Source of the DNA: Phoronis australis
Lineage: Eukaryota > Animalia > Phoronida
Direction: 5' to 3'
Length of the DNA stretch: 64,000 nt
NCBI GenBank assembly: GCA_002633005.1
Contig: NMRA01000440.1
Coordinates: forward strand, 177,748-241,747
Shown: positions 1-15,204 of the stretch, piece by piece
Layout: every line of letters begins with the position of its first letter
Numbering within the stretch: position 1 is the first letter of the stretch
Notes under the pieces: generated by a model
Told to the model about the DNA's origin: nothing
Database searches by the model: none
The model's input: only the letters and a program-made list of their open reading frames with translations
Translations under genes and position numbers: made by a program

Positions 1-3000
1 CTCAAGTGACAAAGAGTTGCATTATGAAGCAGGAGTTACATTTCATGTAATCTATTAAACAAACACATCAGACCATGGGGCCATTGTAAAGCTTAGTGAA
101 AACCAATCACCATGTTTTCTCTGTTCTGATGCCTGACTCTGGTTACAAGTCATAACACAGCAACAAAAGAGACTGACAGTGAATGTGCACAATAACAGGA
201 GCAGGAGAGACAAACAACTCATAGTGAATGTGCACAAGAGCAGGAGAGATAAACAACTCACAGCACAGCCATGGACTTAGGTATGTATAACACAATACTA
301 AGCCATAGAACACATTCTACACTGTTCAACTGTATATGTGTACAGTAGATGTTACTCTTCAACTAATTAACATCTATGATTCCATTTGCCAATTAATGTT
401 TACTTGCAAGTGTCTGACATTTAAAACATAAGAGAACATCATTAACTATAAATCACTGCAAAAATAAAAACTGAAATACATATTTTACAGCTGAGTTCAC
501 AAACTGTTTAAGTAGAAGTTCCAAAGCAAGTTCTTTTTCAATTTCAACAACTGTAAAATCCTGCAACTAAGCTATCCAATGACAATATGCCATAGATGAG
601 TTCAAGCACTGTGAAAATATAACCACACCCAGTGCGTATACTCCAGGTCAGTCAACAGCCAGTTTGTAGTACAGTCCGCAGTTATGGCAGACGAGACATC
701 AAAAGAAAACATGCACGAGATTTCAAAAACAGGTCTTCAGCACACTACTGTCAAACCCCACAAGGAACACAGACTACAAAAAAACGTTAAATTATTGGAA
801 AACTAGCTGAAAACTGTTACTTTGAAATTTCACCAATTTTAGGCGAGAAGAACTATGGTAGCGTCACCTTTTTTGTAATAACTGAATCGTGAAGTGTTTC
901 TAAGTCACGGGTGAAAAGTCGGTGATATCACAAAACAAATTTCAACAAGTATTAAGTTTCACAAAGTACATAGAAAAAGGAACACAAGCAAGTTTGCTGC
1001 AAAAACTAAAAAAGTAACAGGCCACATCGCCAGCACAATTTCAGGTGAAAATTACGACACAACAATTTCCACTTGAAGACAATTGATATCCAAGGTTATG
1101 TGAGGAGCATAATGCAGCAGCTTGTGAAGAAACACACAAAACCTCTCATTGGCTAGTAATGGCTATTCAGTGTTTCAATGGAAACAACATTTCAAATGAA
1201 AGTTAAACATCAGCACACAGGATGACCAAGTGATTGGCTGCACAGGGACTTTGGAGAATAAATTGAACTCAATATGGTTACTATGCAAACACTTGGCTGG
1301 CATGAAGAGTTCTGTTTCTCATGCACTTAATGTTACCATGTTTGGTTACCATAGTGACTGAACAATGGTAGCAGACAGAGTGACTGTAAGAAGGATCATA
1401 ACAAAGAGTATATACTCAGAACTTTGTTTGATTGCACTATGAAGAACAGAATATGGCCATCCTTGACACACGCAGATCATCTGTTATGTAACAATATGTA
1501 ATGGTGGTCACCTGATCATACCTATAACAGTAACAAAACAATCAAGACACTTTATACATTATTTTTTATGAGCGCTTTCATTTATGTGCCACCTAGGAGA
1601 GTGAAAAGCCCCTAAAGTTTGAAGCATGCCACTCTAACAACTTCAATTCAGACCATCTGAAAGAAAATAATCCTACTGCTTCAGATGTCTTGAGATAAAT
1701 GTGGACTTCAATTCAATTCAAGTTGTAAGCACAACCAGGCTTCAATACTGTCTGGTATTCTCACAAAGCACAATTGACTCACATCTGATAAGAAATACAA
1801 GCTGGGACTAGCACTAAACCATACAACTACCAGTGATAACATCTTGATACTGTATTTCACAGCCACATTGATGGGAAAGTTTGCTCCCACAGACAAGGCA
1901 ATCTAATGAAATCCAATTCTCAGTTACAACAGCGACTGTTTGCTCAGTTCATTTTCAGCTCCTTGACTCCACTCAATCATGGACGCCCGCCTGATCAAAT
2001 AAACAACCGGCCAATGAATGAACAGCGAGTTTTTTCAAACAAAGCCGATGTCATTGAAAATTCCGAGACCCCATTGTGTGTCCATGGGGTGAAAGGGGGA
2101 CGGTTACTATTCACCCACCCCTGCAGGCGTTGCTTTCGCATTCATCCCCCATGGCACACACTGGCAATGGCCGCTGGCTATGACCACAACGTATTTGTGT
2201 CAACTTGTGGTGAGCACAAAAAAAATAACAAGTCTGGATACAGAGTATTCTAGCAGTTGTTTGCTCTAGTCAATGAGAGGGGAATCAAATACCACAGAAC
2301 ATGTTACTGCCAGCACAAGTGATCATGAAATAATCACTTGAAATAATTGGATAGAGTAGACTGACACCTTTGCGGGCATGGAGGAGTCCATGTTTTGGTG
2401 TCTTGATTGGTATTAATGGCTAACTTGAGTCTCATATCCAAATTAACTTGACAGTAAACATGAAGATGTAGTATGACCAGTTAACTTGGGTCTCATCACA
2501 GATAACTGTAAATATTGCTGTCAACAAAGACACATTTTCCTGGCACTCACAGTGCCAACTTACCCTCCACTGACTGAGAAACCCTGATAAACCTGTCACT
2601 GGGGTTGTCAAGGTTGTCAAGGTGACGTGATGACACAAGTACAGTGCCCTGCACAGATGCTACACACTTCCTTCTTGACATCATCTCTGTCCACGTGACC
2701 ATTTGTGCTGGGGGCATGATGATCTAGATGCTAAACATCTCATTAAATAGTTTCACCTGATCATTCTGTTCCAGGATCAACTCATACAAACCAACTGCCC
2801 GTCTGAACACAACTCGAGTTCTGACTCAATCATACTGGGTCTTGAACAAGCAGAAGTATGTGACATGTAATGATTTTGTAGAAAATGCTATCAATCTAAG
2901 ACAATATTTCCAAAATCATGGCTTTCTACTCAAGCTACATGAGGGTAAAATTGACTGAACGTTTGCTGCTAGACAAAGAGCCAACATCTTTGGCCATGGA

Positions 3001-4909
3001 AAAGAACGCCACAAATTCCTACTTTGGTAATTATTCAATAAATTTCAAACAGTTTCTGCAAAATTAGATTCAACAATAATGTTTAAGTAACTCTCGACTA
3101 CTATCAGGCAATATTGTACAAGTGTTGACAAGACAAACCCAGCATGGAGTGCAAACAGCAAAACAATGTCACTCGTCCTCCAACTGTTACAAAGCTAGTT
3201 ACAGGTGTGTACACCAGGTAAATAGTGGGGCAAACAAGGACTCTTCAAATCACAAGTTAAAACAGTCTGCTGGCGTCAAAGTTAAAAGTAAAACTGATGG
3301 TCAAAGAGAACAAATTTACTCTGATTGAAACATAACAGAGCTGATAGAGATGTGTACCTGTTTAATTATTTACCTGTAGACACAGGTAATGAACCAGGTT
3401 GATGTCAACATTGACATACCAACAGCACATAGTTTGTTGTGGTGACAATGCTGTGGTGAAGTTGAGAGCTACAACAACACAACAAAATCACAAGTAGTGG
3501 AGACCACAACTCCTTTCAACTGCAACCAACCTCTGTTTCTGTCAGATCAGTTAATGGGTAGTTCACAACTCAACCAGAATGTCTCTGAGAGACAGCCTGA
3601 AGCCTTGGTCACCTTTAGTCATTGTCTGACAAATAACATTCCATCTTCCTAAATGGATTCCAACCATAATGTTTGCAGGCATGTTCATAAGAAATACCTT
3701 CATAATAAGATGCACTTAGGCTTAATGACTGAACACCTGAGGTCTACCCATCCAGATTTAGGGCTCGGCACAAGACTTGAGGGCATTTTGACATGGATAA
3801 CATACCAGTATTTTACTGCCTGCAAGGTGAAAGAACTGAACAAGCATCAGACAAGAGCCTTGTACTCCTACAAAACCCAGCAAGATGATGTTTTCCAAGT
3901 AACAAGAAACACAAAAATGTAAAGCACTCAACCAATTGTCCATAAACATCCAAATAATTTATTTAATACTCTGCCTTTAAGTAACCAGTTTATGTTTTTG
4001 ATAATGCAACTTTCATATCAGTATCAACACTAAAATCCCAATTTACACTGCAGATTAAGTTGATTTCAAATCCGTTTGAGGTTCAAATCACTTCAGGATG
4101 CATGCGTAAATATCAACGGTTTAACCTAAACCCCCTCTTATGAGCGACTTTGAATCCATTTAACTTAACTCATTCATGCCTTGTAAAGTGTGAACACAAA
4201 ATCTGATTCACTCAGATGACTGATGTGTAATTGCACATCTAATGTCTTGCCTTTATATCAGATGACTGATGTGTAATTGCACATCTAATGTCTTGCCTGT
4301 ATATCTGTCCAAGATGTCTAGCCCGTATATCTGTCCAAGATGTCTCATCACTTTCATTATCATCAAATCACCAAAAGAATAAAAATTAAAGAAAACCCGC
4401 AAATGCCACAAAAACAATTCTAAGAGCCGTCACATTCAATTCACCACAATATAGTGTTCATACCTCTCTCTTCGTATTCAATTCACCACAATACAGTATT
4501 CATACCTCTCTCTTCTCAACCACAATTAGATGACAGACCTGCCTCCACCTATTGTAGCAATGTTGGGAAGTCATCTACACCCGATTTCATCTGCTCTGAT
4601 AAAAATGCTTTGTAACAACAGAACAACGCCTTAGATACGACAACAAGCATTTCATTTCATTTCATTTCATGGGGAGCATCTATTTAACATTTTCTCAGTT
4701 CACGCTTCACCACAATTAAATAAAATTCTATTCACTTGATCATGCACGAGTGCACAGTGTCTGTTATACATCTGAGCAGTAATGAGTTTCCTGGCCAGGA
4801 GTTTAGAATGTACAAGTAAATAAGATGATTCAAATAGCAATTGCAGACTGGGCACAATTACAAAGCATTTTGAAAGTGATAAGCAAGCTACAGCCCACAT
4901 TAATCTTAA

Positions 4910-5086
4910 AGAGTTCCCCCCCCCCCCATGTAGTTACCATCCATTACGTACAATTACGATAACAAAAAATATATTCTTTTAAAACTTTGGCATGTTTCTT
5001 AGCAACAGGTATACTAAAGGCTACTAAATCTCTCAAGATGTATTAATAAAATTCTTTTTGAGATACAGGATCATGGTGAGAACACC
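4910..5086. mobile_element. Short TTAA-flanked non-autonomous DNA element (Kolobok-like)
   Basis: TTAA on both sides, inserted into a ~33-bp tandem unit; its right end is the reverse complement of the sequence starting at 13087. Confidence 0.5.
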
Positions 5087-6519
5087 TTAATGATAAGCAG
5101 GCTACAGCCCAGGTTAATCTTAATAATGGGACTTAACAACCCAGGATAATCTTAATCCTTCACAACAACCAATTGCCAACACACACGAATTAATCCTCAC
5201 ATACTTTTCAAAAAGTTTAGAGCATTAAAATGACCAGTGGTTGTTACCAGAATAGAAAATATCCAAGATCTGTGAAATAATGGAAACGTTGCGACTGTGA
5301 ATTTCTATATACCTCTCTGCCTGTCCTAATCGCCACATAATAGTGCCAGACATGTGATCACTGCATAGGCCAATTACGGTGTTTTCTCTATTAATTCGTA
5401 CATTCTATTAGTTCGTACAGGACCCTTGAAACATGCCGTTTGTCTCCAATAGTTCGTACAGTAGGAATCCGAGGGAAAAATAGTTATTACACATATCTGT
5501 GACGGAAAAAAAAAATTCGTACAAGCTTTTTGGATCGGTAAAATGGAAATTTTCATTCTTATAAAAGAACACAAATCAATAAGCGCCAATTCTATTCAGG
5601 TGATTGGAATCCGTTATTTGCTAACTACGCTAGCATAGAGCTCGAAAAGTCTTTTTTCAGATCGCCATTTTTGACGACAGAAAATGTGGAAATAGTGATA
5701 GTTTTCCAGTGTGTCGCCAAATGGTCGTAAAATTGTCATAAAAGCAGATTTTCCCAACAAGGTTCTGTTACCCTCAGATTAGTACTACACGAATAAATTT
5801 ACAAAAGTGCGGAGTAACAGTACCGTGCCGTCCCTTAGTCTTGTTAGAGCTGATTCCAATGACTGTAGTGCGCAGACGACAAATGACTATACAGTGCTCC
5901 AGTTTCATTGCAACTATTCTCACGTGGCAAAGTGCGCGCGTGCAATCTTCACGTGTTGTAGAAGTTACATAATAAGGATTAAATTTATGGCCACAGTGGT
6001 TTCGTGACACGAGTAGAACTATGTGCGTATTACCTGTAAAGTTCTGAGTTCAGAGAGCAATTAATGAGTTGTTTGACAAAATAAATGTTTGAAAAACTAA
6101 TTCAGGTGTTTTTTTATAGTTGGGAATGCTTATGTTCTAGACTCCGCAACCCAATAAATTGTCAATGTAAGGTTTAGTGCGGCTGTCTTATCTTGAACGC
6201 CCGGCTTGGCTAAGTTCAGTTGCCATTGCGTGAAACATGTTACGTAATGACGAGAATCGGAGGTAAGCGGACATGAGACAGTCGTCAATTAAAAGTTACT
6301 GCAAAGGCACTACTCAACAGCAAGTATTTGCTTAATATTTTATGACTGTGACTCGGGATGAGTCTTAAGAACCCGTACAGCGGGGGTACTAAGGGACAAA
6401 ATACTTCGTACAGTAGGGGGTCCAGTGAAAAATAGTTCGTACACGTTTCTTTGTTGGTAAAAATAACTTGTAAACAAATCGCCAATTATTCGGGTAATCG
6501 GTAGCCGCGGTAAGTTGGT

Positions 6520-6905
6520 GACTTGAGCTCTAACCAGTAATGTCTACTCAGCGAGTACGCGCTAGTTAGTGACTAGCTCTAACCAGCAATGCCTACTCAG
6601 TGAGTACGCGCTAGTTAGTGACTAGCTCTAACCAGCAATGTCTACTCAGCGAGTACGCGCTAGTTAGTGACTAGCTCTAACCAGCAATGCCTACTCAGTG
6701 AGTACACGCTAGTTAGTGACTAGCTCTAACCAGCAATGCCTACTCAGCGAGTACGCGCTAGTTAGTGACTAGCTCTAACCAGCAATGTCTACTCAGTACG
6801 CGCTAGTTAGTGACTAGCTCTAACCAGCAATGACCACTCAGTGAGTACATGCTAGTTAGTGACTAGCTCTAACCAGCAATGACCACTCTGCAGTACACGC
6901 TAGTT
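6520..6905. repeat. 49-bp minisatellite, ~8 copies
   Basis: Unit TAGCTCTAACCAGCAATGCCTACTCAGTGAGTACGCGCTAGTTAGTGAC. Confidence 0.95.
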
Positions 6906-8910
6906 CGGTGTCAGTTGTAATCACCTCGGCGCTAGACATTCACGACTTGAAATTTGGGAATGCGAGCCGAGACTGGTCATTTCGTATCAAGTAGCAACAG
7001 TGCAACTTGGAAATTCTCTAGAACGAGAGACTATGCTAGCTTTTGGCAGAAAGCAGATACCTGGCACTTGTACAAATCTGGCCGTTATTTGTTTGTTTCA
7101 AAATCAAGTTAAACACTTAGCCCTCTTCATTTAGTTGTAAACCTGTAGAGTGAGCATGGGATAACATCTTTGGATAATTCAGAACCGATCTTAGACGCGT
7201 TTCATTGGCTGGTGTTTTTGGCTACTTTTGCAAATTTTTGGATGAGCCGGCAAAAAATTCGGACCAAGCCATAAATATGTGATCAATTAAAAACATCACA
7301 GCGATGTTTCATTCACTAGTGACCACCTTACAGAATTTGTGATGAAAAAAACATTTATTTTTCATGCAAGCTGTCCTGATTAGCCTATTACAATATCCCC
7401 AACAATATCATCTCACTGCGGCACTGGTCAATCCCGCTGTTTACGCGCAATGTCCCTACAGACCGTGACTTGGAAATGCGTCTCTTTTTTATGGCAAGAC
7501 GGCAAACAAATTCTCCAGCCCTACTAAACTTTCTGTGGCTGAGCACGCACACATGTATAAGTCACCTGTCACTCACATATGTTGCTGTCAGTGTAACATG
7601 CACTCCAACGATTCAAGTGTGGGGACATACACACGCGCCACTTCAAAGTCGCACATCAAACGAGAATAGCGACAGTGCTAACTAAGAGAGTATGTCTGCC
7701 TGCCATTCAGCAACCTCGCTAAAAAGCAAGACTTCACGAGATTCTTGACGTGACATATTGTCATGTATTTCAAATGAGAACACATGACTTTGGCTGGATT
7801 TTAGCTAGGTCCTAGCGTTACTGAACGCACACCTGTTCAACTCTGTAGCAGATAAGTTTTAGCGACCCAAGTGCTAATTTACTTGACAATGAACTTAGAC
7901 CCCCTGGGGTTATAAAAGACCCGTTGCTTTGCGATATTCCTTGGGCCCAATGTTTCTCAGAACTGCCGGGCTCTATGTGAACAAGTTGAACAGGGGCTAA
8001 ACCATACACTGTCAATAGTGATATGAGTGAGATGTACTAAAGTGAACCTTCAAACTGGGAAATCACTAAACAACATTTATCTTAGCAAACATTGAAAACC
8101 TCTCACCAGCATTAGAAGCTCTAACACAAACTAGAGGCTTGATGCGCTGTCCACCATCTGACAGGTATCCAACCACACTGGTCCTGTTTTCCCATACCTG
8201 CCTGTCTGAATGGCACCACATTAAATCCTGGCTTTGTGTTTGTTCTTATACCAACCCTTTGGCTATTATTACAAGTTAATAAGGCCAAGCCAATGTAAAC
8301 ACAAACTATGGCACTTTCAAGTGAAAAGTCTCACAGACAGACAACATACAAAAATGTAAAAGATACAACAGTAATTTTAGCATAACATATAAGTGATGGT
8401 TGACTATGGAAACTGTCCTGTTCCTATTACCACAGATAATGTCAAAAAATCAACTAAGGTTTCTAGCCTAAACAAATGAAAGGATCGACTTCATCAGTAT
8501 ATTCTTTTCTATTGCTCTCAATTATGTTAAACAATGCTAAGGCCCCAACATGGATTGTAAAGAATGTAGTCCCTTACACAGAGCAGAATTTCACTTCATT
8601 GAAGTTTGCTAAACACACAGACTCAGTGAAAGTGATGTCAGTAATCATGATATTCGTCTTTGAGCAATCACCTAATGTGATCACCAAACACCTCTGCAGA
8701 TCACATATCTTCACACATAAAACATGCTCACGTGGCTGACGACAAAACTTAAACCAAAGTCTTAAGTGCATGACTGTCAGAATTTCATTTGGATCAACTG
8801 TGATAATAAGGCCATCACGGATTACACGGCGATAGAACTCTCGTTTGTCCCGGAGATAAGAAAGCACGTGACATCATTTTGGAAATCAGGCTCATTTTCG
8901 TGTCTCTCAT

Positions 8911-9027
8911 TTATGTCGGGAAGGCGAAGAATTTCAGATCACGTGTCCACAGATATTTGTCCAGTTTATCAAACTTTCTCACATCAGAGTTGCAGCCCAC
9001 ACCACAGCAGTAATACTTCCTTGTCAT
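8911..9027 (-). pseudogene. THAP-domain N-terminal remnant (likely from a DNA transposon)
   Basis: MTRKYYCCGVGCNSDVRK...LKFFAFPT* matches the THAP M..CxxxxC...FFxFP start; it stops before the W and CxxHF motifs. Confidence 0.55.
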
Positions 9028-9525
9028 TGGAAGGACCAATAGAGTAATGCAACCAAGAAAAACCCGAGAGTCGCTATATAATCCTGGACATCCCTATTCA
9101 CCACCCACCTCGTGAAAACCTAATGGGCGAAAGAGTCTTTACTAATTGTTGTTTAGTGACACTTGAGGAAGATGAGCCTGGACAACCATGACAATGGAGT
9201 AAAACTATCTAAATGGAGTTAAACTGTTTTACCGAAGTAAATAAAATTATCTTATCACGGTAAAAGTATCTTATCGGAGTAAAATCATCTTATCAGAGTA
9301 AAATTCTCTTATCAGAATAAAATTATCGTTAGGTTTTGGTGAGAAACGCAATAAAATAAGATTCCATGTACAAGATACTTGTGTGCCAAATAGTTGAACG
9401 CTTGCCATACTGCATGGTCAGTGTGTCACCTGTACTCAGCCTCATACCAACCATTAGAAACTGATCAATTTCAACAGGACTTTGCAATGCACTGCAATAC
9501 ACGTCAGTGTGTGAACTGCCCTTAA

Positions 9526-10040
9526 GCGACGTTCCCATTAGAGGCAAAACTTCGCTTTTACTGAAGTTTCGGTAAGCTGGAAAAGACAACTCCGGCAGTT
9601 AAACTGTAAATGAAACTTCGCTGAAAATAGTAGGACGAAGCTTCAGTACTCACCGAAAATTCGGTGTAGTGGGAAAGGTCAGAGCGATAATTTGCCGAAT
9701 GTATCGGTAGAGGTCGCAGTAACGATATACGACCACGCGTGACTCGCAAAACATGTTCTTTGTTATTGTAGTGTAGCCAACGTGCTCTCAAGACACAAGT
9801 AAATAAATAAAAGAAAGCATATCTGATGAAGAAAAATACTGATCACTTTCACAAACACTCGTAAATGGCAAGACAATTTTCAGTTAGCCTCAAACCCACT
9901 ACTCAATATTTGTTTGACAGGACGAATGAAGTGCGTCGTCTCGTCTCCTAGCAATAACTGTGGTATCGCTGTTTAGACGCAAAGATAAGCGAAGTTTCGG
10001 CGAAGTTTCAGAAAACCCAAGTTCCTGAATGGGAAAGTGC
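9526..10040. mobile_element. Degenerate MITE
   Basis: Imperfect terminal inverted repeats (gcgacgttcccatt / aatgggaaagtgc) and internal aaacttcg/cgaagttt motifs; TSD unclear. Confidence 0.35.
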
Positions 10041-12030
10041 ATTGAATCTCATACCAACCATTAGAATCTCATCAACTTCAATAGGAGACTTAGATGGATA
10101 AGAGAAGAAGTGGCCATGTTGTGACATTTGCCTTGAACAAGTCATTGAAACTTTGATGTACCTACATAAGCTTGTTGTATTCTTCACTTGAGCACATGTA
10201 TATAAGGAGTTACTATACTAATACAATACGACTTTATATGAATAACCCAGCGACCAGTAGGTTTATCTTGGTAATAACACCGAGTTGTCATGGGAACCGG
10301 TTTATTTTCCCAACTAGCTATGAAAACCAGTGATAAGTGCTGATCTATTAAGCGTAGCTGATAACAATATCCAAATAACGCTACAAACAGTAATTCTGAT
10401 GAACGTAATTACATTCAGGCAGAGAAATGGGCATTCTACATAGAAATTAGCTAGTGTCGAGTTCACTGCTGTAACATTTCTACATTAGCAACAAAAATAT
10501 GTGAATCATATAAAATCAACTACCAAGATGCCTGGACTTTATGTGTTAAGAGAGGTATGAATATTAAACAGGCCTTACGCCACCAATCCATGATCAAGTA
10601 TCTGTATTTGACATTTAAATCCTGATGAAAAGTATAAGCGCTAATGGGCGACCTTTCATAATCTAAACAGGCAGTGGTAATCCAATACTCTCCACATCTC
10701 AGTAACTGCAGCCAACAACCAGCTGTAGTGCTTACTTACTAAACAGTGAAAAACAGCCCGCTAGGTGTCACTACTTGTATATCAATTAACACAACTTTGA
10801 CAAGAAACAATAGACAAAACTCAACCCTCTCCCTGGGATCCCCTCAAACCCTCTTCCTAGTAACATATACACATACACTGTGGCCAGCCAGGTAGGATCT
10901 GTATATTTGGCCAGGGAACAAACAACCATAGACAGGCCAAAAAGGGATATGGGAGTATTCACTCTAAGAAAACATTTCAATTTTCACAGAAAACATCGAG
11001 AAGGAAGAGAAAATATTGCCAACATTGTCCAACAGAGGGAGTCTGGGAATATGAGTGACAACATACTACAATGAGAGTGTGACTGGTAGTACGTAGAACT
11101 AACAGACAGTTGGAGGACATCTAGCAGTGACTGTTATTACTAACAGGTCATGCACATCACTGGCACACGTCTGACACTTGCACCAACCTACTTAAACTTT
11201 CAAAAGTGAAAAATAACAATATTGGCAACAATTATATTTCTGCCAAACTGAAGTTTTTACAGTCACTTTTCTCTAAGTTGCTGTTCAAAGCTCCTAGTCA
11301 GATGGACCATTAGTTATGTCTTTTAATAAAGTAGATCTAAATTCAATTTGTCCACAAAAGGATGCATTCCTGTCTTTCTAAATTAAAAACAAGCTTACAT
11401 TAAACTGTAAAACTGCAAACATCCCTGTTTGAAATGGGTTGTTTAATGGGCCGCAATGGGTGTAGAAAATGTCCCACATGGGTGGCCCCTGATATGGAAA
11501 TTACCTGCGACTCCTAAACTAGAGTATGAAAGGTTAAAAAGAGGTCATATACACACCTGGGGGCATTATGTAAGGAGCACTGTGAAGCATTATTACAGGT
11601 ATGGTAATTCACAGGCTTGATGATGGCTAATGTGACCAGCATGTAATTATGTAGATCAGTAATATAGCCATAATGGCTGCTACTGTTGTCCACACACTTC
11701 ACCCTATAACTATCCACACAGGGATTGGTTATTATTTCCAGGTGATTTTTTAGTTTTCAGAATGACTAAAACACCAGCAATAGTCACTAAAATGGCTCCC
11801 CGGTGTTCTGTGGAGAAAACTAATTCTCAAAATGCTGGGAACCCACTCATTTTGTGCCACCTTACAAAGGCCATTCCTTGTGCAGTACTCTCTCCGATAC
11901 TGTAGTATTTACCCACAAGGCCGTGCGTCAGTGGGACACTGCTGTGGTGATAATTACAACATCACAATTAGTTTCCATGGTTTGCAATGCTGATATCAAA
12001 CAGGATTAAGCATGCATGGTCTAATCCTCA

Positions 12031-12183
12031 AGCACGTGTGGTGTGATCATTAAGCATGTGTGGTGTGATCATTGAGCATGTGTGGTGTGATCATTGAGCA
12101 TGTGTGGTGTGATCATTGAGCATGTGTGGTGTGATCATTGAGCATGTGTGGTGTGATCATTAAGTATACCTGGTGTAATCATT
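12031..12183. repeat. 22-bp minisatellite, ~7 copies
   Basis: Unit GCATGTGTGGTGTGATCATTGA. Confidence 0.92.
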
Positions 12184-14887
12184 CTTTCCTCACATGTCAC
12201 CATCAGCTCAGAAGAGCATTAGCCGTCCTACCTTTCCACAACTAGGTCAATCACACGATGCATTTTTCTGTCTCCCAACGAGGGGAGTTAAATTCAGAAA
12301 GTGGGCATTACACAACATTATGACTGCCAAGCTACTTTCCAACAAAAGACCATCTGGGGACAGTGGCTGCAAGGAGAAACTGTTGGTGGTTTGGACCAGC
12401 TGACACATGTGAATTCAACAATATTATATTCCATTCATGTCTAAATAAAACTGTCATTCAAATTATTGGACGTGAAGCTACAATCCAATTTATAATCTTT
12501 CTTGGTCAAAATGACTGTAAATCAGTTCAGTGGTCTGACACAATAAGTGTCAATGACAAATTAAGAAATCGTTAAATAAAAAAGGTCCTGTGACATTCAT
12601 GGAACGGAGACCGATGCCATAATTTCATCGCAGTTTATCGATTACAATCCCAGCTGAGTAAACAGGAAATCAATGTTGTCACGGTAACAAAAACATTAGA
12701 GTTTGATGTATGAACTTTAGAGGTAAAATATACAGTATGCTGCCTTGAAGGGTGTGGCGTTTAAAATAATACAGAACTAAAATGTATTAACATCGTTGGC
12801 ACTTAGGGCTATCAGTTAATAAAATAGCTTATGAAAAGTACAATTAATTTAGCAAAAACAAAAACCCCACTGGTGAGTGGACAATATTTAGATAGGAAAT
12901 ATGTCACACACTGATTGGCCCTTTTGCATTTGTGATCGTTGAAGACAATACTTCACGCATTTGTAACCAAAAACTCAATACACTTACAGCAAGAACTCTT
13001 TGTATTTGTAACCAAAGGCTCAGTGCACTTACAGCAAGAACTTTGTATTTTTCCAAGGCTCCTCACCAGGCCCTTATCAGACTTAAAGAGTTCCCACCAT
13101 GATCCTGTGCCTCAAAAAGAATTTTATTAATGCCTTTAGTATACCTCTTGCTAAGAAACGAGCCTAAAATTTTTTAAAATATATTTTTCTGTTATCAGGG
13201 TTGTACGTAATGGATGGAACACTGTCTCCACGTTGCTGTTTTTACCAGCGCGATACTAGGGATTTGTGAGGAAATTCCGTGGAGAGCCGCCTTTTTCAGA
13301 CATGAAAAGGTCCGTTTGTCGAGGCTGTAGCAAAAGCAACTTGACTAAGAACGTCTCTGTGTTTAAATTTCCTTAAGTACGTAAAAGTTGCACTGAAATG
13401 GCATCGGTTTGTGCACCGCACAAGAGAGTGGAATGTCAGCCGTGTGGAACATGCCATTCAGTCGGGAGCCGCACTTTGTTTAGCACATTTCAAGGAATCG
13501 TGTTTTGACCAAACACAAAAGTTGTGCTACAATGAAAGACTCGCCACCTTGTAAATGTATTTGAAAATTTTATAAATAATGAACAAACTGCTTCCATGCT
13601 AGGGCCAGTGATGCCAGGCCCTCGACTCCGGCCCAGATAGAGTGCTACTACAAGTAGGCTTATGCATTGTGTTTAGACTGCTCATTCCATCATGGCAATA
13701 GTGAATACGGGTAACCCAGGTTTAGTGCGGCCTTTTTCAGTGATTATTATGAGTCTATTTTGTGAATACTGACCACCCCTTGGTTCAGATGGTTGTGGCT
13801 CACATATGTCTACAGAATTTCCATGCTAGTGGATCGAGTTCATATGGCCTCATAGACAACGAATTAGTTCACTAAGTGGGAAATCGAATTCATTGTCTGA
13901 TTTTTCAAGTACTTGAGTATGATGCCCGTATCCACCCTCCTCCGTCTCCATAACAACTGCCCAGTTCTCGCTCAAAATCGTCCTTGTCTTCTGATCTGCT
14001 ATGTTCCACCATTGCAATTGATTGTCATGTGACCAAACGTCTTCCACCCATTACACCATTTGGCAGGAAACTTGGAAATAACTAAGTTTTCTTCAAAATT
14101 AAGAAATTCGCGACTATTTAGAATAAAAAGTGCATATTTAGTTACATTTCATGGTATTCATTTCATATTAGCTAACTGGAACCTCAAAAACTAAGAAAAT
14201 TCATGGTGAGAACTTTTTAAATTAACCACACACGCCCTAACTAGAACGCCCTGATCAGTATTAGACGCCCCAAAAAAGCAAGCATTGGTGTTTCTTAACT
14301 TGCTGACAGCATCCAAAATAAAAGTTAATGAGAAATGATGCAAGATATGACAAGTATGGACGCCCCATTTATGAAATGTTGGATCGACTTGCTGCCCACT
14401 TTGTCTTCGACATTCTAAAAAATAATACAGTAGTACAACACAAACTTTGCTAACAACCAACTAAAAGCAAAAATTTCAAAAAATTTGAGTTTTTGTTGAG
14501 AAATGTGACAAAACCACTGTCTGTCATACATAAATGTTAATTTAAAATGCCCAATAACACCATTCTCAGGACAAAAGAACTGATAAACGCCATCCACATT
14601 ATTTACTAGTGACACCTGTAGTCACTGTAGAACGTACATTCATTCAGTTGCAGCCATGTTGCCAATGTTAAGTCGCTTGTGACCTATAAAAGGAAAATAG
14701 CCAATTGCATTGCAGCTATTAATCATCAAAATCTTTGTGTCATCATACCAGGCTCTCAGGCTCTAATAAATCCACAACAATCAAATACCTTCATTTTCTC
14801 AAACCTGATGTCTTTAATTTATCATTGTCATAGGCAACACTAAGTTGTACATCAAAGAAGTTATGTAACACCCTTTCCTATAAGCTT

Positions 14888-15204
14888 CAACAAGCAATAC
14901 AGTAAGGCTACACGTGCAAACTGGACAGATGGTATAATTCCTATTCATATTCCCTCTACATTTCACAACAAGCAATACAGTAAGGCTACACGTGCAAACT
15001 GGACAGATGGTATAATTCCTATTCATATTCCCTCTACATTTCACAACAAGCAATACAGTAAGGCTGCACATGCAAACTGGACAGATGGTATAATTCCTAT
15101 TCATATTCCCTCTACATTTTTCAACAAGCAATACAGTAAGGCTACACATGCAAACTGGACAGATGGTATAATTCCTATTCATATTCCCTCTACATTTCAC
15201 AACA
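14888..15204. repeat. 78-bp tandem repeat, 4 copies
   Basis: Direct repeats; they explain the repetitive 128-aa ORF. Confidence 0.93.

Noticed and set aside
2564-3468. Candidate minus-strand exons 3420-3468 and 2564-2648
   Set aside because: Splice signals and phases are compatible, but the peptides show no polycystin motif, so support is too weak to annotate.
14814-15200. 128-aa Cys-rich repetitive ORF (zinc-finger-like CPVC)
   Set aside because: It is a by-product of a 78-bp tandem repeat, with no splice or homology support.
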